Source: Acidobacteriaceae bacterium
GTDB taxonomy: Bacteria; Acidobacteriota; Terriglobia; Terriglobales; Acidobacteriaceae
Length of the DNA: 46,800 nt
Assembly: GCA_035552995.1 (NCBI GenBank)
Contig: DATNEM010000069.1
Coordinates: 1 to 46,800, forward strand
Direction of reading: 5' to 3'
Shown: in pieces, positions 46,749-46,800 of the stretch
How the letters are laid out: each line of letters starts with the position of its first letter
How positions within the stretch are numbered: the stretch's first letter is position 1
The notes under the pieces: generated by a model
Told to the model about the DNA's origin: nothing
Databases searched by the model: none
Seen by the model: the letters and a program-made list of their open reading frames with translations, nothing else
Made by a program: the position numbers and the translations under genes

Positions 46749-46800
46749 GGAAGCGGTTCTCCTTTTCGGCGCTTTGCTTCAGCGCACGAGGAGAGCCTAG

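Noticed and set aside
44380-46800. Prophage immunity region or RiPP cluster
   Set aside because: No phage genes, Cro-like divergent partner or modifying enzymes are visible, and the peptide has a Sec-type signal rather than a RiPP leader. Genes beyond the window edge cannot be excluded.

Overview
GC-rich chromosomal segment, most likely from an Acidobacteriota (Acidobacteriaceae-like) bacterium. This is inferred from the TIGR03435-type, acidobacterial VWA and Oar-like TonB receptor families. It carries about 39 CDS and one tRNA-Leu(TAG). Housekeeping and translation genes include a Uup-like ABC-F, a divergent S1, phoH-ybeY-CBS transporter, rimO and nfeD. There are five glycoside hydrolases (GH5, GH29, GH20, GH57, GH10) plus nagA, and several envelope proteins. 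No CRISPR array, integrase or transposase was found. The best candidate for an undescribed system is the right-end module (44.2-46.8 kb): a tiny secreted peptide, a stand-alone 7-TM membrane protein and a membrane-anchored helical protein, converging on an XRE regulator with a degenerate S24-like domain. It resembles a peptide-receptor signalling cassette. Other notable signals are two copies of a 40-nt palindromic repeat translated in frame inside one oxidoreductase, a composite intergenic element present twice, a block with reversed GC skew, a decayed TIGR03435 3' end, several operator palindromes and recurrent leaderless gene starts. All protein calls are by motif recognition; no database searches were run.
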